Source: Cenococcum geophilum (Eukaryota). From it: a DNA stretch of 64,000 bases. Both the position numbers and the translations under genes were made by a program. Of the stretch, positions 24,488-39,883 are shown one piece after another; position 1 is the first letter of the stretch; the number at the start of each line of letters is the position of its first letter. Location of the stretch: NCBI GenBank assembly GCA_050273025.1, contig CP158635.1, positions 19,468,001 through 19,532,000 of the forward strand, written 5' to 3'. The notes below the pieces were generated by a model that had not been told where the DNA came from, searched no databases, and saw only the letters and a list, made by a program, of their open reading frames with translations.

Positions 24488-25130
24488 ATTAGGTAAAACC
24501 AAAGCAGATAGTTATATAGCTGCGAGGCACGTGCCCTGCATGTACTTAGGGAAAACCCTTCCTTACCTCGCACCTTAGACTCCTCCTTTCCCTTAAGGAT
24601 TCATCTGTCTATATAATATACTCTATTATTCTATTAATTAGACTCCCTATCTATATCCTTATCTTATATTTAAATCCTTACTAATCCCCTTAGGAGGATA
24701 GCCGGTTTAATTTTTCTACAATGCCTTGAAAGGTAAGATCGATACATATACTTAACGGTAACACGCTAGAAACACGACCGCAGAGCGCCTTAGAATCTAG
24801 TACTAGAAGTACACTAGTAGAATCTAAGCCACCTTCTAAACCCTAAGACTATTAGACATCTACAAACGCTAGAGACTAGTTTAACTTATATACTTAGACC
24901 TAACAGGAGCTTAGTAAGGTTACTAGCGTCTTACTAAATATTACTAACCTAAAGGAGCTAGATAAGCTGGCTAATAAAATAGCCAACTTATAGGGCATTA
25001 TCAATTTAATAAAGCCCTTCCGTTGCCTCTTTAATAAAGAGTATAAGTTATATATTAAACGTATACGCTAAATAAATCTCAACGCCCTGGTTAAGGAGTT
25101 ACCACCTAATATTAGTAGCACTAACTAAGA
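24488..25130 (-). mobile_element. LTR (~24488-24680) plus adjacent internal fragment, homologous to 51207-51825
   Basis: Colinear similarity with 51207-51825 (ttaggtaaaacc...cccttccttacctcgcac...atccttactaatcccctt); purine-rich tract on minus adjoining the LTR. Confidence 0.7.
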
Positions 25131-26027
25131 TAGTGTAGTACTAAGTTGGAGCGATATATAAAGACTAAGTAAGGGTTAAGTTATATACTAAAAAGATACT
25201 ATAAGTATGGTAAAAAGCTATAAAGCCTAAAAAGTAAAAAGTTATTAAAATATATAGTATAGGATTATAAGATAGAATTAGAATTAGGAACAAGTCTAAG
25301 GTACTTTTTAATCTATAGGCTTACTAAAGAAGAGTTAAGAGTACTTAAAAGGTTTATCTAAGAAAACTTATAAAAGGGATACATCCAACCATTATAGTTA
25401 TTAGTAGAATATTTAGTACTATTCGTACCAAAGAAAAAGAAAAAAATAGTCTATATATTAAATATAAATAGTTAAATAGTATTACTAAAAGCGTTAGGTA
25501 TTCTTTACGCTCAATTAGCAATGCGTAAATCTTTACGAAGATAGATTTAAGATAGGCATACCATTAGATTAGAATTAAGGAAGGTAATAAATAGAAGGCA
25601 GCCTTTAGGTTAAAGGAAGAACTATATAAGCTATTAGTTATATAATTAGAGCTTATAAATGTACCAGCGATATTATAAAAGCGAATTAATAGTATATTAA
25701 AAGAATACCTTAATAAGTTTGTTATAGTATATTTTAATATTATTATCATCTATTTAGTAACTAAGGAAGAGCACAGGGAATACGTTAAATAGGTCTTAAA
25801 GAGACTATAAGTAGAATAGATACTAGTGGAAATCGAGAAATACGAGTTCTTTATAAGGAAGACCAATTTTATTAGATTTATTATTAAACTAGGATATATT
25901 AGTATAGACTTAAAGAAAGTTAAAGATATAGTGGGCTAGTAAAAACTAGAGAATATTACGCAGTTAGAATTATTTTTAGGGTTTTACAACTCCTATAGAA
26001 GGTTTATTATATAGTAGTTAAAGAATA

Positions 26028-29000
26028 GGCACTTACTCTAGACTATATCCCTATCCAGATACAGCTAGACCTAGATACTAAAGCGCAACTAAATAGAAAA
26101 AGATACGCAATAAGGAAGCTTAAGATAGATAGTTTCCTTAATGTAGTTAAACAACAACTTTAAGACCTAGAAGAAATCCACCTAATACCAAATAAGCGAG
26201 GCTTATTAGCTACCCCTGAGGAAATCAACCGAAGACTAGAAAGGATCCAGGCAGCAATTAAAAATAGGCTGGAAGAGTACTGCCCGATCTTAAAACCAGG
26301 CCCCTATGCGCGACACGTATAGTCCATATAATGCGCAGTTCTGGTTGCTAGCTAATAATAAGCAAGAAGGAAATATATAAGCAGCTATAACCCTAAAGAC
26401 GAGAGACGATATAAAGATATAAGAAACCAGCTAAAGAATACCCTAAAAAAAGAAGTAAGGAATAACTAGAGACGGTTTATAAACGAGTATACTTTTAACC
26501 CGAGCCTCCCCTATAATAAGGGCCTTTAGGCTATAGCAAAATAGGTAAAGAAAAAGGCAAGGCGCCTAGCAGAAGACCTATACCTACTACCCCTACGAAG
26601 AGTAGGAGAATTATAGGCCATAAACGACAATAATAAGAAGGCAAAGATCCTTATAAAAAGGTTCTTCCCCTAACCGGCTCTAGTAGACCTTAGTAATATT
26701 ACGGGCGAAACACCGGTAACTCGCCTGCGGGTTAACAGCGACATGACAACAGAGGAAATGGCTAGAACTATTAGCCGCCTTTTAAACAATATAGCACTAG
26801 GACCAGATAGGATTCTAAATAAGGCCCTAAAAACCTATAGGCCACTTATAGCACCTTGGCTTGCAGATATAGCCAGAGCATGCTTTGCTATAGGCTACTA
26901 CCCGCGACTTAGAAGATCTATAACGACGGTTGTCTTATAAAAAGAAGGTAAAGTAGATTACTTAATCCTAGGAAGCTACCGCCCTATTGCCTTAAAAAAC
27001 ACCCTTAGCAAGATCTTAAAAAGGGTAATAGCGGAACGTATAGCAGATATAGTAAAGGAACACGCCCTACTACTATAAAGCTAAATAGGGGTAAGAAAGA
27101 ACCGCTTAACACTATTAGCACTTACGCTACTCGCTGCTACCATTAAATCTACATGGGCGATACAAAAGGACTTTATAGTATTAATGCTTAGCCTAAACAT
27201 TAGTGGTGCCTATGACAATGTACCCTATAAGCGTCTCCTATATATCCTTAGGGCAAAGGGCTTCCTAAAATAGATTATATAATTTGTCTAAGGGTTTATA
27301 AGCTAGAAAGAAACATTATTGGTCTTTAGCAGATACCAGAGCCCCCCTATTACAGTTATAATAGGAATACTATAAGGATTACCCCTCTCGCCTATACTCT
27401 TCCTTTTCTCTATAAGTAACCTACTTAACTCCTTTAAGAAAGGGGCAACCTAGGGGATAGGCTTCGTTAATAATATAAACCTAATTATATACGGGCCAAC
27501 AGCCGTAAAGAATTGCAGAATACTAAAGAAAGCTTATAATACTTATATAGAATAGGCAAAATATTATAGAGTCTAATTCTCACTAGAGAAATACCAGCTA
27601 ATCTATTTTATAAGAAAACGCAACTAATTTGCAGATCTTTAGTATATAATTCGCATCTAAGGCTTTAGGGGTTAACTAGTTTAGGGCCTAAGGGTATTAG
27701 AAGTATAGGTAAATAGTAAGCTCTAGTAAAGCGTATATGCGGCGCAAGCAGCCCGTAAAGGCTAAGTATAGTTTATTACTTTATCTAGGATTATTAATTC
27801 TATATAGGGTCTATACTTCTAGAGGTTACGCCTACTATATATAGCAGTTGTCCGGCCAACTATAACATATAGATCTAGTATTTGGGCCATTGGAGAAACT
27901 AAGAAGGGCCCCCCTAAATTACTCCTTAAACTACTTTAAAAGGTCTAAACAGCCTGCCTTTAAAGTATTATAGGCGGGTATAAGCGAACGGCCACAGCAC
28001 TGCTTAAGAAGAAATCCAATATTCCCCCCCTATAGTTATATATTAAAGTCGCTATAATATAAAGGACATAAAATAAACGCAACTCTAATGTTATAAAGTA
28101 TATTAAGATACGCCTAAGTAAACTATAGAGGGACCTTAGGGTGCCCTATAGGAGAATAAACTAACAACCCTAAAGTAGGGAAGAGATATTAGAGAAATAG
28201 GTAAAGAAAGTAGAAGAAGAATAGTGCCGCTTTAGGGCCTAGGCCTATATAGAGAAGGAAGAGAAATGTATAAGAGGTTAATAAAGATAATAGTAAGACA
28301 GAGAAAGAAGCTAAAGTAGAATATATAAGAACGCTGGGAAACTATCTACCGCAATATAATACTGGTTAGACTAACGCTGGAGAGGCGAATGGGAGTTAAA
28401 GATATAGAGGCTAACTTAGGTAAGACGAACCTAAGCTATAGCATAGTTAATGCTATAGGGGGTAAATATTTAAGGGCTCTGAGAAGGCCTAATAAAGGCA
28501 GAAAATATAATAGCAATACTTTTAAGAATAGGAATAATAGGACTAAAAGATTGGCTTTACTAGGTAGGTGTCCTAGTAGGTAGCCTAAGATGCGAATGTG
28601 GCTAGCTAAGACAGACACTAAAATACGTAATACTGCTATGCCCCCTACGCACTAATTAAGAAATAATGCTCTTAGTAGCTGGCATAGAGAACTATAATAC
28701 ACTGCTCTTAATATAAAAAGGCCTTAAGGCGGTTACCTAGTGGCTTATTAGTTAAAATATACTAAATTAGTTCCGAGTTATAAGGGAAATGGTAATAAAA
28801 GGTAAGGGGGCGAGTAGTAGGTGCCCCCTAGTAACTCTATAGTAGTAGAGTAATAGTTTGTAATACTAGCGCGTTTATAGGCTTGTTACGGCAGCAGTAG
28901 TTCCTAAGGAGGTTAAATAGTAAGGTAGTAGAGCACCATAGGCAACTCGTAGGCGCTAAGTAGGCGAGTCCTAAAAGGCGGGGAGATGGATCACGGGGTT

Positions 29001-29111
29001 TTCTTATTTTTCTTAAATAGAGTTTTCTCCCTATATGTAAATAAGGAGTAGTCCGTGTGGGCCTAATAGGGATCCGAATCGGACGTTAAGTAATGAATTA
29101 TTATTATTATT
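26028..29111 (+). mobile_element. Tad1-like LINE family A, 5'-truncated
   Basis: RT motifs (ALGPDRILN, SYRPIALKNTLSKILK, GIL*GLPLSPILF, GFVNN), (ATT)n tail, TSD ~atatagtagttaaagaata at 26009-26027 and 29112-29130. Confidence 0.92.
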
Positions 29112-31258
29112 ATATAGTAGTTAAAGAATATTAAGCCGTTTACTTAATTAACGAAGAACGAGAAACTGTAAGTATAGGGGAATAAGTAAAGAAATTATTT
29201 ACCTAGGATTTAATTCTTAAAATCTACTAACTAGTATTAGAGACAGTGGTTAAAACAAATGCATTAAACTTTATATTTACTATAGAAGCATTAGGATATA
29301 TAGTATTTAGTAATATACTATAATTAAAAGATAATACTACTAGAACTAAACTATAACATCTATAATAAGGAGTTATTAGGTATAGTTATAGTACTTAAGA
29401 AATAGAGAGCATTCTTATAAGGCATAGAAAAACTATTTATAATTAAGATAGATTATAAGCACCTAACGGGATTCCTAATAATAAAAGAATTTAACTAAAG
29501 ACAAGCTAAATAGGCAGAGATGCTTACAGAATACTATTTTAAAATTTAGTATACTAAGGGTACTAAAAATGCAAGAGCGAATATACTTAGCAGGAAGATA
29601 GAGTTATAAGACAGTAAAAAGCCATTAGGAGCAATATTGCGAAAAGATAAAGATAGGAGAATCAAATATAATTATCTAAAGATTATAGTAACTTAAAAAG
29701 AAAGGATCTATAAGGTATTAGAGAGTATATAGTTATAATAGATTTAAAAAGTATAATTTAAAGATTTAGACTTAAAACAATATAAGTATAGAGAAGCTAT
29801 ATATATCCTAAAGGGAATAATATAAGGATATAATAGAGCTATAGGCTTAGTGTTAAGACCCTAAAAGGAGTGTATTATTTAAGGAATTTAGGAACTAGCG
29901 AGACAAGTTATTAAAAAAACATTTAGATTGCTAAAGGGATAAACTAACGAGGTATAAGCTATATAGAGGGCTATAATCTATTAAAATACCAGAACGTCTA
30001 GAGGAGATAATATAATAGAACTTTATTATAAAGTTTCTAAAGTTAAAAAAAATCCTATTAATAGATAGGAGTATAATGTAATCCTAGTAATATTAGACAA
30101 TTTAACTAAGTAGGGGTATTTTATAGCATATATAGAAGAGATTTTAGCGGAGAATATAACTAAAATCTATATTAAGAAGTATTTGCGAAACACGGAATAT
30201 TAATAAAGATTATATTAGATAGAGATCTAGGACCTATAGTAGTATTTTAGGAAGTCTTTTTAGCAGAATAAGGAGTATAAGTAGTAATCTCTACTATATA
30301 TTACTTATAGATAGATAGTTAAATGGAGAGACTAAACTAGATATTAAAATAGTATCTAAGGTATTATATTAATTATATATATAGAATAATTGGGTATTAT
30401 TACTACTAATTACGCAGTTTATATATAATATAATACTATAAGAAGGAATAGGAACGTTACTATTTAAGGCGAACTACGGATATAAGCTAAGAACATTATT
30501 ATCGCTATATTAAGTAAAGAAAGCGATTAGTATAGCTAAGTAAAGGATACAGACTTTTATGCAATAGTATAGCTAGTATAAGAAACGATAAAAAGGTACT
30601 ATAATGCTAAGAGATCTAAGGGACTAGATCTTAAGGAGGGGGATAAAGTATAGCTACTATATAAAATTTTCCAGAGTTAATAACTAAGTAAGAAATTAGA
30701 CTATGTTAGACTATAACTATTTAAGATCTTAGCAAAGATTTTAGAAGTTATATATTAACTTAACTTACCAATAAGAATAAATATCTACCCTATATAGCAT
30801 ATTATAATGCTAAAGCCAGTATATAAAGACTTAGAACCACTAATATATAAGGCAGATACGTATAGAGGATAAGAGAAAGACAAATAGTAAGTATAAAAGA
30901 TTATTAGTTGTAAGGATATAGTATAAGGTTAGGTAGATAAGCTATAATCAGACTACTTAGGAGCTATTAGACAATCTAAAAAACGCTATAAAAAAAGGTA
31001 TAAGAGTATTAGAAGAAATTAGGTTAGACAACATTAATAAAGAAAAATTACTAAAGAACGAGCTACGTAAGGGAGACCTAAGAGGAGCACCTACTAAGCT
31101 ACTTAGAGTTATTTCCCTCTCTATTAGAGAAGAACCCGTTTTTTTAGCATTAAGTTTAGCTAGACTCTACTTAACTAGCTTCTACTCCTTTAAGCGGACC
31201 TTCTTATAAACCTTCTTAAGGCGGGCTAGCTGAGCGTAAATAGCCAGTTAAGCGTTAA

Positions 31259-31445
31259 TGTTACAGTACGTGCCGACTGTCAAGGTACGAGGTACAAGGT
31301 GACTGTATATCATTAATAAACGATGTCGTGTAAGGAGCTATGTAGGAGGTGAGGCGGTATATATACACGTTGCTTAGGGGTTAGGTCTGTGCTCGTGTTA
31401 TAACAACACTAAGTTATAACAACGTGTCAGGTCAGTGCCGTAACA
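31259..31445. mobile_element. Solo LTR
   Basis: TGTTAC...GTAACA termini and 5-bp TSD GTTAA on both sides. Confidence 0.9.
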
Positions 31446-32367
31446 GTTAAACACTTGCCGCTTTTTAGCGCGAATATACTCCCTATTATCTTAGAGCTTT
31501 TATACCTTAGATAGGGCTAGGGCAAGTTTACCCTTAAGATAAGAGGTCTTGGATTAAACACGAAACCCTATAACAAATTAGATAAGGTATTAAATATTTA
31601 TAGAGAATAATAAAACGCGTATACTTAGCGTTAAAGATAGATAAAACATTATAGGACGATTGTATATTTAATTATATATATTTAGCATAGGGAGAAGGTT
31701 AGCGACAAGATAGAGCCGCAATTATAATATATATTAACCTTTCTCTACATAGCAAGAATAGGATAGTATAACTTTATTAAGTAAAAGGACCAGGGATATA
31801 AGCTAACTATAACGTTTAGATTAAAATGATTTAATAGGAGGTATTATAAATTAGGAAGGTTATTAAATTAAAGACAAGAATACTATACCTCTAATTAATA
31901 ACTTAGAGATATAAAATATCTTTAAGAACGAAGATAAAGGGGAAGGAGATAGTATTACGGTCCTTATATTAGCAGTAGTATAACTACTTAAAGAGGATAT
32001 AAACAAACTAGTAGTAATAGTGTAAGAGGTATTAGAGCTGGTTAAACTATAGAATAAGGGGTAGCTAAGTTATATAATAAGTTATAAGACTATAACTTAG
32101 TACGTTAGTATATAAGTATATATTAATATACTAACGTACTAAGCATATTTTTTAGGAGTTAGATTATATATTTAAAGGATTATAGTCTCTACCTTAAATA
32201 GCTTCTCTCTTTATAGTAAATCTTAGAATATAATTAGAGTTAATCTATTAGATAGCTACTCTACTAGTTATATTTATCCTTATTAACTTTTATTATACCT
32301 ATATACTTAACCTATTAATAAGTCTACCGTAGTTGCTACTATAAGGCTTTATTATATCTATTAGTTA

Positions 32368-35300
32368 CTATAGTAGCAGCGAAACCAGCCCAAAAACTAC
32401 TTAATAAAGCAATCCGATATCGGAATCCTACTCCCCGCACTAAGAAACCCTATAAAACTACGTCGCCCCTATCCGCAAAGCATGGGGGACAACGGAGGGG
32501 CGCAGGCTCCCCGCTAGAGTCGCGAAAGTCGCGACATAATAGAGCCGAACTACGAACTAGGTAGGCAATAACGCGAAAAGGACAGCTGCTAGCTTAACTA
32601 GTAGTGGCAAAAACTAAAGGAAACATTTAGATAAATTAAAGACAATCTTATAAAAGAGGAGGAAGAAACTCTACGGTATTAGATATTTACCTCCGTCTAA
32701 GAGGTAATATAATAAGTTAAAGCCCTTTTAATACGCCCGGCCCCCTAGATAACCTAAAAAAAAAAATTAAGGCCTAGCTTAACCGGATTAAAGCTAGCAT
32801 TAAGAAAATCTAAAAAGAAATGCGTAAAGGAGGACCCCTAGGCCTAGGAGCCCCTTTGGCACAGGGCCAGACCTAGACAGCCGTCGCTGCGTAGGCGGCC
32901 TGCATGGTAAACACAGTTGCGATACTATAAAGAGTAACTGTACGCGTCTAGCTTAAGGAGCCCCAGGGCTATAAACTAGGGGAGCTCCTTAAGACTATCT
33001 AGAAGATAATACTAAGCGTATACGCGGTACGCACCCTTAATAGTAGGGACATAGACGTCTATATCCCCTCCTAAATAATAAAGGACTAAATCTTAAATAG
33101 ACTAAACGCGCTAGAACTAAAAATACTAAGGAAAAACTACCTCCTAGAAGTACCTAGGGTCCCGCTTAAGACCTTAATTAATAGTAAAAGAAATATAGAC
33201 AACGTGGAATTAACCTAATCTATCTATAAAGCTATAAAGCGCCTTATACCTGGGATAATTATTAGCCAAATCTAATAGCTATATAACCCTAAAGCGTAGG
33301 CGAAATGCTAGGTAAACCCTAGTAGCACCTAAAAAGAGCTTAAGAAGACTAGAGGAATAATTATAATTAGTATCCTAACCTAGGCAATTTAACAAAAAAT
33401 TATAAAAAGTGGGATAGTTATTAACTCCTAGCTCTTTAAAACTAGGCTATTTAAGAATAGCCTAATTATAAAGTAATGTTACTGCTATAACTAATAGGGA
33501 TATATATAAAGCATATATAGAAAGTAAATAAAATGTAGGTAATATGCGGGACTATATAGCACTATGGATTGCCCTAAGGAGAGGGTATCCTGCGTTAATT
33601 ACGGTAAAGCCTATAAAGTATAGTAAAAAAAGGAGTATAGGACCTTTTTAAGCTACCTTAAGGGTATCTAAACAAAAAGGATGGCCTTTTTAATGCAGTC
33701 GCTCTATATATAAGAAGCTACAGAAATAATATACTAATCCCTAATACTAGGAAATTTTATAATTATTACTAATAAGAAAAGAGGACGGGAAATATTATAC
33801 CTAGGGACCTAAGAATAACCACTTAAATAGGGACTAGGTAAACTATCGTTTATTAAAAAAGCAAGTAAAGATAAATTATAAGTAAGGCTCTAGCTTCGCG
33901 CTAATAGAGTAATAATAATTACTAGTAAAAATAAAGAGGAATAGGATATAGATATAAATAAGCCCATACCTACTTAAAATAAGTAGGTATATAATTATCT
34001 AGTATAACTACGGAAATGCAAACTAAGGAGCGTATCGCCCCTTCTTTAATAGCGTTACGCTGGCGGACTACTAGGTCCTTATAGTTTAGGAGCCAGTATA
34101 TAATAGATATACTAAATTAACTTACTACCCTAGGGGATTTACGCTTATATATAACGCTCTCCCTATAATAAAGGTCTACTTTATAATTAGCTAGAATATT
34201 AATACCGCGTATTAGAAACGTAGATAGTACGGCCCCTTTATTATAGCTCTATAGCTGCGCCTAAAAGGACTAAAGACTATAATTATTAACGTCTATAACC
34301 TACGCGGAGATGGCCCCTAAATTAGGATATAGCTAAAGGTTAAAACGGCTATTAAGGAGGCTAAGGGAGAAATTATACTTCTAGGCGATTTTAATACCTA
34401 CTACCTAATATAGGGCGGAAAATATATAGCTAGCGAAGAGTAGGCGGAACGCCTTTTAGCCAAAACCAATGCTAAAGGTCTTATACTTATTATACTAAAA
34501 GGAGAACCTATATAGAAAAGAGGGTAATAGGAAAGTGTAATTAACCTTACGTTTATATTACTAGACCTATATAGGAAAGTTAATTTCTATAGTATAGTTA
34601 AGGAATAGGCCCTTATAAAAGACTATATACCTATTTATATCTAAATTAATAACGTAAGCTATCCGCTAGCAGAACGCTAGCGCTTTACCCTTAGGAAGCT
34701 AAACTTATAAGACTTCCTTTAAAGTATTTAGGAGCTTAACTAGGCTATATCCGAAGATCCCCTTTATACCCTTTAGGAAGGGATTAAGTAAGCACTTAAA
34801 GAATACTACCTATAAGTATAGCCTAGTAAGTAGACCTACTAAGAATAGTTGCTATATACTATATAGCTATACGCTAGCGCCTATTAGGCGTAATAACAGC
34901 TCTAAGCTTATAACAACTCCTAGGACTATTAAAGATATTTAGCACTAAGTAATTAACTATAAAAAGAGACTAGGAGAGTTAGTTGTAATAACTAAAGGCG
35001 CTTTATCTATAAACTTACTAAGGACTAGATAAAACCTTATAATAAGGGGCTTTAGATTTTATTAAAGTGGAGTAAAAAAGCAAGTATAGTAAAGGCGGAC
35101 CCCTACCTATTAGACCTTAGGAGGTCTACTAAGGACCCCCTAATAGATAATAACACTATAAAAGCTAAGATTCTTATAGCTAAGTTTTTTCCTAAAACGA
35201 GAATAGTGAACCTAAATAATATTAAGATAGAAGTAATAATGAAATAAAGGGTATTTAATATTAGCCCAATTATTTTAATAGAAGAACTTAGTAAGCTACT

Positions 35301-37621
35301 TAGGAGCCTCCTAAATGGAAAAGCCTTAGGATTAAACGGTATACTAAATAAGGTTTTTAAAGTAGTTACCCTAGTTATTATAAAAGACTTAGCAAATATA
35401 GTTAGTTACTACTTAGCTAGCGGAATAATACTAGAAAGCCTTAAAGAATCTATAACTATAGTTTTATAAAAGAAGGGGAAAAAAGACTATTCTTTTTTAG
35501 GTAGCTATAGACTAATTATTTTTTAAAATACGCTAGTAAAAGTCCTAGAGAAGTATGTAGCTAATATTATATCTAAGGCAGCAGAGGAGTACGGGCTACT
35601 CCCTTAGAACTAGATGGGAGTAAAGCGTAAGCGATCTACACTATTAGTGGTAGGATTGCTTAGCTCCTATATATAAATAGCGTAGTAAACGCGCTATAGG
35701 TGTATAGTGTTAATGCTAAGCCTAGACCTAGTAGGGGTATTTAACAATATCTTATATAAAAGGCTTTTACACATCCTAAAAAAAAAGGGCTTTTTAAAGT
35801 GGCTTATAGACGTTATATAAAGCTTCCTAACAGTATATAAGACCTATATTAAGTTTATAAAATATAAAAGTAACTAGATCTAGACGTAGATAGGTATCCC
35901 CTAGGGGTCTCCCCTATTGCCAATCCTATTTCTCTTCTTTATATTAGAGCTCCTAGAGGAATTCTAAAGCCCTAATAACGGCACGCTAGGATTTAGCTTT
36001 ATAGATAATATAAACTTTATTACTTAGGGGGACTCTATAGCAGAGAACTGTTAATAGTTGGAGACCGCTTGTAACTACTACGCGGCATAGGTAAACTAAT
36101 ATAGCGCGACGTTCGCCCTGGAAAAATACTAACTTATACACTTTATAAGGCGACGGCGCCCCGCCATCGTAGACCTTACGTTTACTATGCGTATTGCTAG
36201 CTATAAGACAGCTCCCTAGAAAACCAGCATACGGGTTTTAGGGATTTAGGTGGACCTTAAGCTCTAGTAGAAAGAATAGGTTAAAAAGGCTGCGAGTAAG
36301 GGCTTAGCAGCCTTTAAAGTAATATTAAGGATTACCACGTCTATATAGGGCCTATTAATACGCCACTTGCGCCTTCTATACACGGCCACAGTTTAACTAG
36401 CAATACTATATAGCGCCTAAGTATAGGGAGTACGGGACAACGCTAGTAAAAAGCCTAATTAAACTACTACGGAAGGTCTAGAATAGGTGTCTCCGTAGGA
36501 TTATAGGGGTATATTAGCGAACACTAATAGCTATAATAGAGAAGGAAGTAGCTATCCCCCTAATATAGCTCTATATAGAAACGATAGCCCTCTAAAGAGC
36601 TACTAAGATAGCTCCTAATAGGGTAGAAAAGAAATCAGTAGAGGCACTTAACGGTATTTAAAAAAACACTAGTAAAGCGCTAGTAAAAAATAAAACGGCT
36701 ACTAGTACTATTAGAAGCGCTTAGAGACCACGTAAGGGATTATAAAAATAAGATATAGGGCTTCCTTATATACTAGAGGGATTATATAGAGTAGGAAGCT
36801 ATAATAAATTCCTATAGGCGTAGCTAGCGGAACGCCGGCAGAACGTAGATAGAGCGCCGCCAATATATAGGAGGTTACCAGTACTACTAGCAGGCAACTA
36901 CCCTTATTACGAAATAGGCCGACCTAAAATAGCGCTAATAGTGTAAAGGCTAAAGACCGTATAGAAACTATATAAAGGACCGTATAGGGTAAACCTATAA
37001 TACTACTATATAAAGACCTAATAAAAGCAGAGGCTATAGTACTGTTTCTTCTTCGTATAGAGGTAATAGGGCTTAATATATAGCTTGCATCTATTAGAGT
37101 ACTAGTAATTCTACTATAGTATAAATGCAGCTAAATAAGATAGATAGTTCACTATATATTACTCCAGTGTCCACGCTATTAAAGGGTAGACTTTATAGTA
37201 AAATACACGTCTAAACGCCTTTAGGATGTCTTAAGTAATAAAAAAAGCGCCTAAGCGGCCGCAAAATAGCTAGTATAGTTAGGTGCCTTAACCCAGTTCT
37301 AGGCTATAAAGGTAATGGATATAAAGGATATAAGTAGATACTAGCCCTTCTAAAGCTTAGAGGACTGGTAAAAGAATATAGGTAAAAGGATAAGGAAAGA
37401 AGGGGTAGAGTGAGATCGTCCGTAATGCGCGGTTAGTCGGCTTAAAATACAGACCTTTAGATAGGTAGAAGGCGAGCCGCTAGCGCCCTAATATTAGAAC
37501 GCTATCGTCTTTTTAGCGCGGCCCGCGACCGGGTTTTCTCTAAGTTAGAGTTTTTCCTATAGAAGGTATTAGCCTGTGTGGACCTACTAGGGGGACCGGG
37601 ACGGGCGGTAAATTGAATTTA
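32368..37621 (+). mobile_element. Tad1-like LINE family B, full length, RIP-inactivated
   Basis: ORF1 with degenerate Zn knuckles (~33470-33640), APE (NVYN, LLGDFNTYY), RT (GIP*GSPLLPILF), C-terminal Zn motif; TSD ttattatatctattagtta at 32349-32367 and 37622-37640. Confidence 0.9.
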
Positions 37622-39883
37622 TTATTATATCTATTAGTTAGTAAAGTAGAGGGGTATATTAGCTAATTGCCTTATAGCCTTATAAGAGTTAAACGTCTTT
37701 AAACTCTAGATCTAACTTCTATGGACTAAAGATAACTGTCTTTTACTAAAAACTTTAAAGCTCTTTATAAAGGATATTTATAACTATATTAATTAGTTCT
37801 AAATAGATATCTGCGGTCTCTATAATTGTATTATAGATTTTCTTATCTTCTAAAAGGCAGTAATAAGTCCCTTTATCTTATTTTTTTATTAGCACTAAGC
37901 TATAGCTACGCTAAAGAAATGTTACTAATGGTCTAATATTAGTCTCGTAAATACTCTAAAATAACTTTAATCCTTTTTTCCTTTAATATCCGCTTAACGG
38001 ATACTCTAGTTAGCGTTTAGAGGTAGGCGTCCGCCGGTTAACTAGTATTATATTTATAGTAGGAGCGGCCGATTTAATTGTTAATATATTACCCATTTGG
38101 CGGCGTTTACTACTTAATATCCTAGGGGCTAATAGGGTAGATATATTAATCGATTATAGAGCTACTTCTATAGATTAATTTAATAGTAATTCTAAGATAA
38201 TAGCTGTTTTAGGGGTATAGATTAATTTCGTTAAAAAAGGTAACTGCTTTATATAAAAAATAAGTCACGTCGCTTAAGAAACGTTGGCAAAGTCTCTTAG
38301 ACCATAGAATTAACTTTTTAACAAAAAAGGTTAGCGATAATGTATTTTATAAGCGAGTTATCTATACAAGCACGTTGACTACTTTTCGCATATACTGTGC
38401 AATAAGTCTTACTTCTTAAATAACTTATAACGCAATGCCTTTACTAACTTGAGAAAAAGATGGTAGATACCTGCTTGCCCTAAATACGTATCGCAATGGT
38501 TAATTTTAAACTATTTATGCTACTGTAACTGCATATAATGTTAATTACAACACCCTTATAGCCCGCAGTAAAGGCTAGCTACTACGCGTTTTTTGCCCAC
38601 CTAATGGTTACAAACTTATAATTACAGAAGAAAAGACTTTAGAGGACTGGATATTATCCTTAGACATGTATAGGCTTCCCCATTACGTCTAAATAATTAG
38701 CTATATAGCTAACCTATTACTAGCTAGTCGTGGTATTACCCCCCCCACTTATAGTCGGCCAAAACTGGGCTATAAACTATATTAATTAATATAATATATT
38801 AAAAACGGCCTACTTTTAGAAGCGTAATAAGTAATAGGCAAAATATCATAATCCAATAATTATCTCTAAGTAGTTTAACTGTATATAGGCCGTAACAACT
38901 TAGTATAATATACACTTAGAAGATAACTTTAACTTTAATAAAACTGGATATATAATAGGTGTAATAGTAACTGTAAAGGTTGTTATAGGAATATTAACGC
39001 ACCATACTGTTTATATTTAGCCTAGAAATAAAAAGTAAATAACTATAGTTAAATATATTTCTATTATAGGATAAGCCCTTTTATCTATGCTTATTTTTGC
39101 TAATAAGGTCTATATTTCTACCTAGTATATAACTAATTTACCTTCTAGATAGACTATAGCGCTTAGTAAAAATAGATGGATAAATAACAAGCTTGAATAT
39201 TACTGGCTTATAGAGATTTTTAATCTATATACACGTAACCGTATAGTAGGCCACTATTAACTTCTTATACTTAATAGCTATAGCAGCTATATTACGCCCA
39301 AATTTAACCAGTACTGCCTTAATTATAATATTATACCCTTATATATGCCGCTGTATTTATCTTATCTATTATAGCCTTTAGATATTGGCTATTTTATAAC
39401 CATAAAATGGTTATATAGTCGATTAATAGAGAACTATATACGTCTTAGCATTCACTATATTACTAAACTAGATTTTATTATAGTATATCTAACTACTTAT
39501 ATAAAAGCTCTAATAGCCAGCAATATATATAACGGGTTTATAGTAGTAGGATTAGTACTATTTAACCCTAGTTAAGTACTATTAAAGTTATAAATCTAAA
39601 TAACTCCTCCTAGATTACCTTATAGGTCTATTTCCTCTATTTAAACTTAAAAAATACCCTATAATATAATATAACTATAAAAATAAGTATTAGTATTTAA
39701 AGGTTTAATTAATAAGGGTAGTTAAAGCTCTTTAAGTTCTGCAGAACGTCTATTTTTATAGATAGTTAAAGGTTTTAAGATAATAATGCAAAATACGGCC
39801 TTACTACTTAAGGAAAATAAGCAGTTACGGGCTGTAAATAGCCGTTAGAAAGTTAAAAGAGCCCTAAAACGTCTATATATATA

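Larger units (their letters stand above)
25140..31950 (+). mobile_element. Ty3/Gypsy (chromovirus-like) retrotransposon pol region, RIP-mutated, interrupted by a LINE and a solo LTR
   Basis: RT (LFVPKK, KIDLR*AYH*IRIKEG, VIVYFNIIIIY, FLGFYNSYRRFI), RNase H (NYNIYNKELLGIV, IDYKHL), integrase (*IDS*MERLN*ILK*YLR), chromodomain-like tail ~30870-31020, PPT-like ggggaaggagatag ~31940. Confidence 0.85.

Noticed and set aside
28389..28618. Short ORFs repeated at 55098-55327 and 61580-61765
   Set aside because: Part of the LINE family A 3' region; recurrence reflects TE copies
37640..38290. RIPed minus-strand coding-like sequence, continuous with ~32040-32367 across LINE B
   Set aside because: Probably a TE remnant but no motif I can assign
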